DNA from: Acidobacteriota bacterium
GTDB taxonomy: Bacteria > Acidobacteriota > UBA890 > WLXD01
DNA length: 64,000 nt
Direction: 5' to 3'
NCBI GenBank assembly: GCA_963666055.2
Contig: CAXWPH010000012.1
Location: 192,001-256,000 of the forward strand
The notes beneath the pieces were generated by a model. The model did not search any database and was not told the origin of the DNA. It saw only the letters and a list, made by a program, of their open reading frames with translations. The translations under genes and the position numbers were made by a program. Shown here in pieces: positions 32,061 to 41,803 of this stretch. Every line of letters begins with the position of its first letter. The stretch's first letter is position 1.

Positions 32061-32447
32061 ATGTTCGCAGAAATGCAGGCCCAAATGGACGCGCTCTCGC
32101 CAGCGGTGCAGATGTGGATTAACTGGATGACGCTGTGCCTGCTCCTTTCGCTGCTTTTTATCTGGAAGCACACGGCGGCGCGATGGACTCTGGCCGTGAC
32201 GGTCCTCACGGTGCCGCTCGGGGTGGCGATCTTCGCGCTCAGCGGCAACGTGCACCTGCTGGGGCTCGCGCACCTGATTCTGTGGACTCCACTGCTGATA
32301 TACCTGGTCAAGAACGAAGTAAGGGCCGACGGGTTCAATCCGGGCAGTCTCTACGGTATCTGGGTGATGCTGCTGGCCACTACGATCGTCGTCTCTCTGG
32401 TGTTCGACGTGCGTGACGTGATCCTGGTCGCGCTTGGCCAGAAGTAG
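32061..32447 (+). CDS. Small hypothetical membrane protein (4 TM)
   Basis: AGGAG RBS; four hydrophobic segments; GLAHLILWTPL. Confidence 0.75.
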   Translation: MFAEMQAQMDALSPAVQMWINWMTLCLLLSLLFIWKHTAARWTLAVTVLTVPLGVAIFALSGNVHLLGLAHLILWTPLLIYLVKNEVRADGFNPGSLYGIWVMLLATTIVVSLVFDVRDVILVALGQK

Positions 32448-32685
32448 CTCGTGCGGTCCTTGCCTCGTGCAATCCGTACACATCGTTGACCAGCCGCTGG
32501 GGCAACGAAATGGGCGAACCCCCCGGTCAGCGGCTCATGGGAGGACATCCGAATAAGAACGATCTCCCAGTGGAAAACGTTACTTCGCGGAGTTAGTGTC
32601 GCGTCAGCTTTGACGCGCATAGCTGGATTGCTCGCCGCTTCCACTGACGATGAGTTCCATCCGGCCAACGCCTGGGAGGAGATCG

Positions 32686-34020
32686 ATGAAGAATCCGGAG
32701 TTGAATCGACGAAACTTCATGGCGACCTCGGCCGCGTCCGCCGCGGGTCTGCTCGCTGCCGGTTCGGCGAGGGCCGCCACGGGCGGGTTCACACCGTACC
32801 GGACGACTCCCGGGGCAACCATCGGCGCGCATCCCCCACCGCCGTTCTCGAAGGCCGAGTACAAGGAGCGACTCAATCGCGTCCGCGAGCGCATGGCGCA
32901 GGACAACATCGACATGCTGTTCGTAACCATGCCCGAGGATATGTGCTACCTGCACGGTATCGAGCTCAACTGGTTCCAGCAGAACGGCCCCAAGGCATGG
33001 GGCATGAACTCGATCACCGCCGTGCACGTCGACCACGACACGTTGATCCACTTCGATAGCCACGACGATCTGATGGCGGCCACGTCGGCAGCCGAGGATA
33101 TCCGACGTCCGCAGAGCGGTGGCGGCCGTCCCTATGAAGGTCACGCCATGGAACTCGAAGCCGCCGGTTGGCTGCACGGCACCGTCGGCTTGCAGTACTG
33201 GAGCTACCGGCCGGTGCCGGCGCGCATGAAGGAGCTCGAAACCGTGTTCGAGGCGCGCGGATGTCCGCTCGTCGACGGCTCCGACATCATGGCCGACGTG
33301 CGGCTGCACAAATCGCCCGCCGAGATCGACGTCATAATGGAGGCGGCGCGCATCTGCGACATCGGTCTGCAGGCGATCATGGAGACGCTGCAGCCGGGAG
33401 TCACCGAGCTCGAGGTCTACGGCGAGATGGTACGAGCGATGACCCGAGCCGGAGGCGGGATGTCGGGGCTCTTGTCATCCATCAAGGTAGGCGGCGCGAC
33501 GTTCCTGCACGGCATCGCTTCGACGCGTGTGGTGCAGATGGGCGATCACGTGATCTGCGACATCTGTGGCGTCAAGAACCGCTACCACTCCAACACCGCC
33601 CGCGGCTTCTTCGTCGGCGACCCGCCCAAGAAGCTGGCCGACCTCTACAAGATGAACGGTCGCGCCATGGAAACGCTGGCCCATCACGCTCGTGCTGGCA
33701 TGCCGCTGAAGGAGCTCACCAAGATCATGCGTGAGTTCTATCAAGAGACCGGTGCGTGGCAGATGCGCCAGCGTGGCGAGATCAGCGGCTACACCGGGGG
33801 CTATGAGCTCGGCATCAGCTTCCCACCCGACTGGGTGGGATGGTGGAGCTTCAGCGTTGGTGAGGAAGACACCAACGACTGGATCATCCAGGAGCGCCAG
33901 GTGTTCAACTACGAGAGCTACTCGACCGGCAGCACGGCGTTGATCGACACGTTCGTGCACGAGACCGATCGTTGTCGGCGACTCTCGATGACCCCGGCAG
34001 ATCTGCTGGTCGTGGCCTAG
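32686..34020 (+). CDS. M24/creatinase-fold hydrolase, Tat-exported
   Basis: RRNFM Tat leader; FSKAEYKERL creatinase N-domain; KSPAEI, PGVTELE, RYHSN, GYELGISFPPDW. Confidence 0.85.
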   Translation: MKNPELNRRNFMATSAASAAGLLAAGSARAATGGFTPYRTTPGATIGAHPPPPFSKAEYKERLNRVRERMAQDNIDMLFVTMPEDMCYLHGIELNWFQQNGPKAWGMNSITAVHVDHDTLIHFDSHDDLMAATSAAEDIRRPQSGGGRPYEGHAMELEAAGWLHGTVGLQYWSYRPVPARMKELETVFEARGCPLVDGSDIMADVRLHKSPAEIDVIMEAARICDIGLQAIMETLQPGVTELEVYGEMVRAMTRAGGGMSGLLSSIKVGGATFLHGIASTRVVQMGDHVICDICGVKNRYHSNTARGFFVGDPPKKLADLYKMNGRAMETLAHHARAGMPLKELTKIMREFYQETGAWQMRQRGEISGYTGGYELGISFPPDWVGWWSFSVGEEDTNDWIIQERQVFNYESYSTGSTALIDTFVHETDRCRRLSMTPADLLVVA

Positions 34021-34027
34021 CGATAAA

Positions 34028-36445
34028 TCAGCGCTCCTTGACGATGAAGAGCCCTTCGCGAATGCTGGTGATGAGCACATAGCCGCTGTCGAAGAACGGA
34101 TAGTTGCTCCAAGAGAAGCTGGAGTACTGCGCCTCGTTCTCGTCCCACGGGACGGTATCGAAGTAGCCCGCCATCTCCGGATGTTCGGGATCGCTGATGT
34201 CGAGCACCCGTAGTCCGGCGTTGTAATTCGACTGATACATCCGATCCCCGACGATATAGAGGTTGTGGTCGATGGCGTCGGTGTCGTGGATGTACTCGTC
34301 CACCAGTATCGGATCGTCGAGCTCCTGCACGTCGAAGATCAGCGTGCGGGTACCGTCGACCGTCCCCGACGCCTCGTCGAGCTCGTCGTTCATGTAGAAG
34401 TAGCGATGATCATCGGTCAGCCATCCCTGGTGTGTATAGCCAACGTTCGGGTAGGTCGCCAGCGACACGGCCACCGGATTCCGCTTATTGGTGACGTCGG
34501 CAATGCTGACCGCTGTCTCGTTGGAACCGAAGCAGATCTCACGGCCCGCGTACTGCTCGTCCGGCCCCTCGTAGATCACACACTGGGCATCATGTGAGTA
34601 CCCGGTGCTGGCGCGCCCGGTACCGACGTCGGAGAAGCAGCCGACGAAGATCGGCTGCTTCGGATCCTCGATGTTGATCATGTGCAAGCCACCGCCACAG
34701 GTCTCAGCACCGCCGCTGGCTCCGACCACGTATGCGAAAGCGCTCTCCTCGTTGATGACGATGTTGTGGGCGCTGTCGATGCGGTCGTAGCGTGTGTCGG
34801 CGCTGAACACCATCGGGGCGCCGTCGTACTCGCGCAACCGCGTCAGGTCGAAAACCTGGACACCGTGCTCTTCGGCGGCATCTGCAACGATGAAGGCATG
34901 GTCGGCGTACACCTTGATGTCGCGCCAGTAGCTATCTGGCGATCCGGTGGTCTTCGGGAGGTTGCCCACGTAGACGGGGTTGTACGGATCGGTAACGTCG
35001 ACGAACGACGTGCGCCCCGAGAGTCCTACCAATGCGTAGTCATGGCCGGTCTCGGGATCTGTCCAGCCCCATACATCGTTGGCCCAGGTGCCGCGCTTGC
35101 CGCCCATCGTGTGGTTGGGCAGAAAAGAGATCAGGTCGAAGTTGTCGCAAGGGAAGAGGCCCGCCATGCCCTCGACGCACTCCACGACGCCACCCACCAC
35201 CGGGTCGAAGGCCAGCGCCTCGCTGAGCACCCTGGTGCGATCCCAGCCACCAAGCGAGCGCTCCATGATGACCGCAGAGCCGGCGCCAAGATCATCTTCC
35301 GGTACCCCGGCCACCAACACGTCGCCACTGAGCGCCAGGGACGAGGCGAATCCGGCGCGAAAGCCCAAGAAGGAGGTTCCCAGCTTGGTCGAACCGGTCC
35401 AGATCCCCTCGTCGTCGTAGCTGAACTGATAGATGCGGCCGTCGTCGTCGGCGCCGGGCGCACCAACCAACAACTCGCCATCGCCGACTGCGATTGCCGT
35501 GCCGAACCCCGCACCCGATTGTCCGTCGAACGGCTGCAGGACGCTGTCGGCGATCCAATCGCCATCTTCGTCGTCGAAGACGTATACGTGCACCGTGCCA
35601 ACGGCGCCCGCACCGACCTCTCCAACAAGGGCCACGCCGTCGGTCAAGACCACCGTTGAGCCAAATCCCCCTTCTTCGTCCGCGTCGGCGGGCGCCAGCT
35701 TGTCGAAGAACTGCCAGCCTTCCTCCTCGCGGCGAAAGGCATAGACGGTACCGGTCCCCGACTCGGTCGGGGCACCGACCATCGCCCAGTCGCCATCGAT
35801 CGCCACCGCGGCACCAAATCGGGCCGTCGGCTCGCCATCGTCGTCGGCATCCTCCGCGTCCTCCTGGTCGGAGGCGTCGGTGACGATGTCGTCCGGACTG
35901 AGCGCCTGAAGCAGCCGCCAGCCATCACCTTCGAGGCTATACAGGTACGCCGCCCCGCTGTCGCCACCGCTGCCGGCGGCGCCGACGAGCGCCACATCGC
36001 CGCTCATGGCGATGGCCGTCCCGAAGCTGTCGTGCGGCTCGCCATCGTGGCTTGCGAACCGTCCGGCCTGGATCCAGCCAACATCTCGGCGTTCGAAGAC
36101 ATAGACAGTCCCCTGACCGTCCGGCGCGGCACCAATCAGCAGCCGATCGCCGTCGGCCACCAGTCCCTGCCCGAAGGCATCACCGTTGGTCGCCGCTGAG
36201 CGCGTCAGGCGTTGAACCTCCTGCCAACCGCCGGCATCGGCGCGGTACACGTACACGAAGCCGGGCGCGATGCGATTGCCCGGCTCCCCTACCAGCACCT
36301 CGTCTTCCAGCGCCGCGACCGTGAGGCCGAAGCTGAACTGTGCCTCTGCCGGCGACAGCGGCGCCAACGAGCAGATCAGCATGGAGAGAATCAGCACCCT
36401 GAAGGCGCCGCGATTAGAACAACTACGCAGGCTCGAGAACTCCAT
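34028..36445 (-). CDS. Choice-of-anchor B family surface protein with N-terminal FG-GAP repeats
   Basis: Repeated FG..VA..GD..LVGAP...G.VYVF units, then NDVWGWTDP, WRDIKVY, YSHDAQC, YTHQGWLT, DHN, WSNYPFF. Confidence 0.85.
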   Translation of the reverse strand: MEFSSLRSCSNRGAFRVLILSMLICSLAPLSPAEAQFSFGLTVAALEDEVLVGEPGNRIAPGFVYVYRADAGGWQEVQRLTRSAATNGDAFGQGLVADGDRLLIGAAPDGQGTVYVFERRDVGWIQAGRFASHDGEPHDSFGTAIAMSGDVALVGAAGSGGDSGAAYLYSLEGDGWRLLQALSPDDIVTDASDQEDAEDADDDGEPTARFGAAVAIDGDWAMVGAPTESGTGTVYAFRREEEGWQFFDKLAPADADEEGGFGSTVVLTDGVALVGEVGAGAVGTVHVYVFDDEDGDWIADSVLQPFDGQSGAGFGTAIAVGDGELLVGAPGADDDGRIYQFSYDDEGIWTGSTKLGTSFLGFRAGFASSLALSGDVLVAGVPEDDLGAGSAVIMERSLGGWDRTRVLSEALAFDPVVGGVVECVEGMAGLFPCDNFDLISFLPNHTMGGKRGTWANDVWGWTDPETGHDYALVGLSGRTSFVDVTDPYNPVYVGNLPKTTGSPDSYWRDIKVYADHAFIVADAAEEHGVQVFDLTRLREYDGAPMVFSADTRYDRIDSAHNIVINEESAFAYVVGASGGAETCGGGLHMINIEDPKQPIFVGCFSDVGTGRASTGYSHDAQCVIYEGPDEQYAGREICFGSNETAVSIADVTNKRNPVAVSLATYPNVGYTHQGWLTDDHRYFYMNDELDEASGTVDGTRTLIFDVQELDDPILVDEYIHDTDAIDHNLYIVGDRMYQSNYNAGLRVLDISDPEHPEMAGYFDTVPWDENEAQYSSFSWSNYPFFDSGYVLITSIREGLFIVKER

Positions 36446-36603
36446 GGCCGACCTCGCTGCCGCTCCCCGGTGTAGGATCGCGACGCCCTATGAGGATAGG
36501 CTTCACGCGCTCCGAGGCCCGGCGGATGTTGAAGAAACGATGACCAGACTGACAGTAGGTCCCGGCCGGGCCGTCGGCAACCCAGCCACGACTTGGTGAG
36601 CGG

Positions 36604-37983
36604 ATGAGGAATCCCGAACCGGAGGCGCCGACGAACGATCCGCCACACACCACGGTGCGCGATTACTTGCGCGTTGTGGTGCCGTCGGCAGTCGGGGTTG
36701 CACTGTTCCTGGTCCCCATACGGTTCGGCGGCGACGTGACGATCGTGATGGGGGTGATCACCTCGATGCTCCAGACCCTCATCGGCGACCGGATGGCGTT
36801 GTTCACCACGCCTATCTTCGTCACCGGAGCGCTGCTCTCGGTGGCGTTCACGCTTGGTCCTGCGACCCTCAAGGCACGATTCCCCTACCTGGACTCGGTG
36901 TTCGAGACCAACGCAGTGTGGCTCACCATGCGGGTAATCGCCGGCATCGGCGCCCCGATGACGATGTTCGCGGTCGGGCCCGCGTGGGTCCACGGAGCCC
37001 AGACCGGCGGCACGGCCTACGTCGAGATCGCTGGTCTTATCTTCCTGATCATCGGCGTCGCCTGTCTGCTGCTTCCGTTCCTCACCGAGTTCGGATTGCT
37101 GGAGCTCGTCGGTACGCTGATGCGCGCCCCGTTCAAGCGCATCTTCAACCTCCCGGGGCGCGCTACCATCGACACGCTAGCGTCGTGGGTCGGCGCCTCG
37201 AGCGTGGCGATACTGGTGACGGTACGGCAGTACGAGTCGGGCTTCTACTCGAGGCGGGAGGCAGCCGTCATCGCCACCAACTTCTCGGTGGTGTCGATTC
37301 CGTTCGTGGTGCTCACCTCACAGGTCGCCGGCATCGGTGAGCACTTCGTCGCGCTCTACGCGTCGATGCTGGTGGTCGGACTTACGTGCGCCGTGATCAC
37401 GCCACACCTTCCTCCCCTGTCGGGTTTTGCCGATACCTACTACGAGCCCGTGGGCCGGCAGATACACGAGGAAGTGACCAACGAGAGCTCGCGGCTCAGC
37501 TGGGCCGTACAACAGGCGGTTGCGCAAGCCCGGACCGCTCCGAGGTTCGGAGCGATGTTCAAACGCAGCCTCAAGGTAGTCTTCGACATCTTCTTCACCA
37601 TGATGCCGGCGGCCATGACAATCGAGTTCGTCGCCCTGGTTGCGTATCACCACACACCGGTGCTGCAGACCCTGACCCGACCTCTGATCCCGTTACTGAA
37701 CCTTCTGCAGATTCCCGAGGCGGCGGCCGCCGCCCCTGGCGTCGTTGTCGGGTTGCTGGATCAGTTCGTGCCGGCGTTGATCGCCGGCACCATCGACAAC
37801 CAAACCACCAGCTTCCTGCTCGCCGGACTATCGGTTACGCAGCTGATCTTCTTTGCCGAGACCGCGGTCCTGATCCTGCGCTCGAGCATCCCCTTGTCGC
37901 TCGGTCAGCTAGTCGCCATCTTCTGTCTGCGCACGGCGATCGCGCTGCCGTTGATGGCGATCGCGGCGAACCTGCTGGTGTAG
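36604..37983 (+). CDS. YjiH family (nucleoside recognition gate) membrane transporter
   Basis: FGLLELVG, LPGRATID..ASWVG, YSRREAAVIATNFS, QLIFFAE. Confidence 0.85.
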   Translation: MRNPEPEAPTNDPPHTTVRDYLRVVVPSAVGVALFLVPIRFGGDVTIVMGVITSMLQTLIGDRMALFTTPIFVTGALLSVAFTLGPATLKARFPYLDSVFETNAVWLTMRVIAGIGAPMTMFAVGPAWVHGAQTGGTAYVEIAGLIFLIIGVACLLLPFLTEFGLLELVGTLMRAPFKRIFNLPGRATIDTLASWVGASSVAILVTVRQYESGFYSRREAAVIATNFSVVSIPFVVLTSQVAGIGEHFVALYASMLVVGLTCAVITPHLPPLSGFADTYYEPVGRQIHEEVTNESSRLSWAVQQAVAQARTAPRFGAMFKRSLKVVFDIFFTMMPAAMTIEFVALVAYHHTPVLQTLTRPLIPLLNLLQIPEAAAAAPGVVVGLLDQFVPALIAGTIDNQTTSFLLAGLSVTQLIFFAETAVLILRSSIPLSLGQLVAIFCLRTAIALPLMAIAANLLV

Positions 37984-38031
37984 CCGACAAGCACCCTCGT
38001 CTGCCTCGAACACCAGGTTCGAGCATCGCCA

Positions 38032-38931
38032 CTACTCTCGCGGGCGCAGGCTGTCGTAGACGATCTTGACGAAATCCGCGGCGGCAGTGCCGCGTTCCTC
38101 ATACCCGGCGGTGGGGTTCGAGGCGATCACCTGATCGAGCGATCTACCCTGATTCATCAGTGCCTGAACGCGATCCCGAATCGTGCGCAACATGGTTCCG
38201 TAAGCGAGCAGGTCATCGCGGGTCGAGAGCTGCCCATGACCGGGAATGAACTTCGTATCCGCGTCGGTGATGCTGGCGAGGTAATCGACCGTACGGATCA
38301 TCCCCTCGATCGAGCCGCCATTCGGCTGATCGATATACGGAAACCCGTAGCGTACGAATATGTCGCCGGAATGGACGATGTTGGAGGTGCGAAAGTAGAT
38401 CACCGCGTCGCCGTCGGTATGGGCCGCGCCACGGTGAAACACGTCGATGGTCTCGCCGTTGAGATAGAAGCTCATCGAGCGGGTGAAGGTGATCTTCGGC
38501 AACCCGGCAGCCGAGTATGCCGGCTGCGGCCGATCGAACAGCTCGAGGAACTGGTCGGCCTCCATACGGCGGCGGCTGTTCTCATGCGAGACGATCAACG
38601 CGCCCGCCTCACCGAAGTTCTCGTTGCCGTCGGTGTGGTCGTAGTGCCAGTGCGTGTTGATCACGAACTCCACCGGTTGGTCGGTTAGCTGCGCGATCGC
38701 CGCGGTAATCTTGTCGGTGAGCGGCGCGAACTGGTCGTCGACGATGAAGGTACCGTCTTCGCCGATACACACCCCGATGTTGCCGCCGCTGCCCTCCAGC
38801 ATGTAGATCGAGTCGCTCAGCCGTGTTGTACGGATCTCGACCCCGCTGAAGTCTTCCTCATCCTGAGCGAGCGCCGGCGTTGCAATCAGCGTCAGCGCTG
38901 CCAGCAGGAGCGCGGCTCGTCTTCTCATCAT
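38032..38931 (-). CDS. Secreted MBL-fold metallo-hydrolase
   Basis: GGNIG, THWHYDHTDGN, AHTDGD, SGD, PGHG. Confidence 0.9.
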   Translation of the reverse strand: MMRRRAALLLAALTLIATPALAQDEEDFSGVEIRTTRLSDSIYMLEGSGGNIGVCIGEDGTFIVDDQFAPLTDKITAAIAQLTDQPVEFVINTHWHYDHTDGNENFGEAGALIVSHENSRRRMEADQFLELFDRPQPAYSAAGLPKITFTRSMSFYLNGETIDVFHRGAAHTDGDAVIYFRTSNIVHSGDIFVRYGFPYIDQPNGGSIEGMIRTVDYLASITDADTKFIPGHGQLSTRDDLLAYGTMLRTIRDRVQALMNQGRSLDQVIASNPTAGYEERGTAAADFVKIVYDSLRPRE

Positions 38932-38948
38932 CCCTCCGAGTGGCGGTT

Positions 38949-40562
38949 CTATTGAGACAGCGCTGGTGTGGTATCCGGCAGCCGGCGATGGCGCGTCGCC
39001 TGCTCGTAGGCGTAGGCCAGCGCGATCAAGGTCGGCTCATCGAACTCGCGCCCCAGCAGCTCCACTCCGACCGGTAGTCCGTCCACCGTAAACCCCGCCG
39101 GCACGGTGATCGCCGGCAAGCCGGACCGGGCGCTGAGGTCGCAATTGGGCATCGCTCCGCCCTGCTCCGGACCGAGAGGAGCCGGCGGCTCGTTGACGGT
39201 CGGATACAACAGCGCCTCGAGCCGATGCTCCGCCATCAGCGCCAAGATCTTGACCCTGAGCTCGTCGCGACGAATCAACATGTCCTTGTACTCCGCGCCG
39301 CCGAGGCCGTCGGAGTCGAGTGACTGCTGGAGATAGCCGAGCACGCCAGGGTGAGCCAGCCCGGACTCGACGATCTCGCGCAGCGTCTTGACTGGCGCAT
39401 CCGGCGTGGCAGCCAAGTAGCCCTCCAGATGGGCACGGAACTCGGGGATCTCCAGGTCGGGCAACACCAGGATAGCGGCGATCGCGGCGCTGCCCACCGC
39501 AACCAACTCGGCGCCCTGCGCCGCCATGTCGCCCGCCGCCCGGCGCACGATATCGTTGACCTCCTGATCGGCGTCGGTCTCACCGAACAGCTCCCGGAAG
39601 ATCCCGATGCGCGATCCCTGCAACGCATCGGATTTCAGAAAGCGCGTGTAGGTGTCGGGGATGTTTCCCACGCCAAGCGCCGTCACCGGATCCTCCGGGT
39701 CAAAGCCAACGGTGGCGTCGAGCACGATGGCGACGTCCTCGACGCTGCGTGCCAGCGGCCCGGCGGTGTCTTGAGTGAGCGCCAGCGGAACGATTCCATC
39801 GACGCTCGACAACCCGCGCGTCGGGCGGATGCCAACGAGGTTGTTGTGCGAGGAGGGCACGCGGATCGAGCCGCAGGTATCGGTGCCCATGCCCACGGCC
39901 GCGAAGTTCGCCGCGATCGCTGCGCCCGTGCCACCACTGGACCCCCCCGGATTACGGCTCAAGTCATATGGGTTCAGCGTCTGTCCCCCGAGTGAGCTGA
40001 ACGTCTCCCAACCCCATGCCAGCTCGTGCAGATTCGCCTTCGCCAGGATGATGGCTCCAGCCTCGCGCAGCCTGCGAGCCTGAAAAGAGTCGTCAGGCGC
40101 CATCGATCCTTCCAGCGCCTTGGATGCCGCAGTAGTCGGCATATCGAATGTGTCGTAGTTGTCCTTGAGGATCACCGGAATCCCATGCAGAGGGCCTCTG
40201 GCGCCCTGCCGCGCCCTTTCCTCATCGAACGCCGCCGCCTCCTCGAACGCCCTCGGGTTGATGGTGATGATGGCGTTGAGCTTTGGTCCGGCCTGGTCGT
40301 ACGCCTCAATGCGCGCCAAGTAGGCCTCGACGAGGTCGCGCGACGTGGTCGTGCCCGCCGCCATCGCAGCCTGCAACTCCGAGACCGTGGCCTCTAGCAA
40401 CTGGAAGGGTACAGTTTCAGAAAGCGCCTGATCCAACGCGCCGACCTCCGGGCTAGCTACTGCGAGGACCGCCACGAAGATCGAAGTCGCTCGCAGCCCC
40501 GCTGCGACCCGACCTTTGATCCCCGGGCGGACGAAATCGTAGTCTGGCAACGATCGTTTCAT
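38949..40562 (-). CDS. Amidase signature family protein
   Basis: GPLHGIPVILKDN, GGSSGG, GTDTCGSIRVP, GLPVG. Confidence 0.92.
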   Translation of the reverse strand: MKRSLPDYDFVRPGIKGRVAAGLRATSIFVAVLAVASPEVGALDQALSETVPFQLLEATVSELQAAMAAGTTTSRDLVEAYLARIEAYDQAGPKLNAIITINPRAFEEAAAFDEERARQGARGPLHGIPVILKDNYDTFDMPTTAASKALEGSMAPDDSFQARRLREAGAIILAKANLHELAWGWETFSSLGGQTLNPYDLSRNPGGSSGGTGAAIAANFAAVGMGTDTCGSIRVPSSHNNLVGIRPTRGLSSVDGIVPLALTQDTAGPLARSVEDVAIVLDATVGFDPEDPVTALGVGNIPDTYTRFLKSDALQGSRIGIFRELFGETDADQEVNDIVRRAAGDMAAQGAELVAVGSAAIAAILVLPDLEIPEFRAHLEGYLAATPDAPVKTLREIVESGLAHPGVLGYLQQSLDSDGLGGAEYKDMLIRRDELRVKILALMAEHRLEALLYPTVNEPPAPLGPEQGGAMPNCDLSARSGLPAITVPAGFTVDGLPVGVELLGREFDEPTLIALAYAYEQATRHRRLPDTTPALSQ

Positions 40563-40621
40563 TTTCTGCCTGCGCGCTGGAAGCAACCGTGCGTGACGGC
40601 TTCGACTCGGGAGCTACGACG

Positions 40622-41803
40622 ATGCGCGCCCAAGCCTACTCCGAACGCCTGCTGGCACGGCTCTTTCTCATGTGCCTGTCACTCGGTCTCGGCTTCATCT
40701 TTGTGGAGGTCTCGGCGCGGCTATTCCTACGTTATTTGGCAACCCCGGAACAGGTCACGTGGTACGCCTCGATTCCGCAGGTACTCGATCGGCCGGAATC
40801 GGTTCCCAAGTTCTCACCCCACCGTTACCTCGGCTACGTGCCGACACAAGGGTACCGACGTGGCCCCAACCAGCACAACTCGCTCGGCTTCCGCGGCGAG
40901 GAGATCGGCCGCGACAAGCCAGAGTCCGTGTTCCGAATCGTCTGCCTCGGCGGATCCACCGTCTACTCCGGCGGTGTAGACGACTTCCACGACTCCTACC
41001 CTCGAGCGCTCCAAACTCAACTTAACGAGCGTGGCTTCGCCTCCGTGCAGGTCATCAATGCAGGCGTGCCCGGATACGGGACGCTCGAGACGTTGATCAA
41101 CTTCCAGTCCCGAATCCTGGATCTGGCGCCGGATCTGATCATCGTGTACCACGGCTTCAACGATATCCACCCGAGGCTCGTATGGCCGCCGGAGGCTTTC
41201 CGCGGCGACAATTCCGGGCACAACGGGCTGTCGTGGAGCGTCCGTTCTCCCTCAATCTGGGAATACAGCACCTTGGTGCGGATGTTGATGTTGCGATTCG
41301 GACTTGCCGAGCCCCAGACCTCGCTCCGCCGTGCGTTCGGATCACCGCCGGAAACGTCCCGGGCGCTCGATTTCTGGATGCAGGTGCGCGACGGCCGTTA
41401 CCCCCGCGGCGTATTCCAGACGGCCTCGGCCAGCCAGATGCTGACCGAGAACGGGCCAGACTATTTCGAACGCAACCTCAATAGCCTGCTCGAGGTCGCC
41501 GCCGCAAACGAGGTAGCCGTCGTGCTTACGACGTTCGCCTACGCGCCATCCTCCGTCCACGAGACACGTTTGGCTACACCCGAGTATCAGCGCGCCATCG
41601 CGCAACAGAACGCTGTGCTGAAATCGCTCGGCTCAAACAGCACCGCCGCGACGCTGCTCGATCTAGCCGAGCTCATGCCCGACGATGGGCAGTACTTCGT
41701 CGACGGATACCACTTCAGCGCCGCCGGCAACGGGCTACGCGCACGCCACACGGCGGACCATCTGCTGGACAACGGGCTCTTGCCCTCCGCCCCACCGAGC
41801 TAG
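40622..41803 (+). CDS. Membrane-anchored SGNH/GDSL hydrolase family protein
   Basis: N-terminal TM, NSLGFRG, LGGST, NAGVPGY, GFND, DGYH. Confidence 0.85.
   Translation: MRAQAYSERLLARLFLMCLSLGLGFIFVEVSARLFLRYLATPEQVTWYASIPQVLDRPESVPKFSPHRYLGYVPTQGYRRGPNQHNSLGFRGEEIGRDKPESVFRIVCLGGSTVYSGGVDDFHDSYPRALQTQLNERGFASVQVINAGVPGYGTLETLINFQSRILDLAPDLIIVYHGFNDIHPRLVWPPEAFRGDNSGHNGLSWSVRSPSIWEYSTLVRMLMLRFGLAEPQTSLRRAFGSPPETSRALDFWMQVRDGRYPRGVFQTASASQMLTENGPDYFERNLNSLLEVAAANEVAVVLTTFAYAPSSVHETRLATPEYQRAIAQQNAVLKSLGSNSTAATLLDLAELMPDDGQYFVDGYHFSAAGNGLRARHTADHLLDNGLLPSAPPS

Noticed and set aside
32447-32686. Hairpins and a CTGACGA (hammerhead-like CUGANGA) upstream of the M24 gene
   Set aside because: No stem II followed by GAAA at the required spacing; the hairpins are short and unremarkable at this GC content.
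35200-36330. Repetitive sequence within the choice-of-anchor B gene
   Set aside because: Ordinary protein-level FG-GAP propeller repeats.
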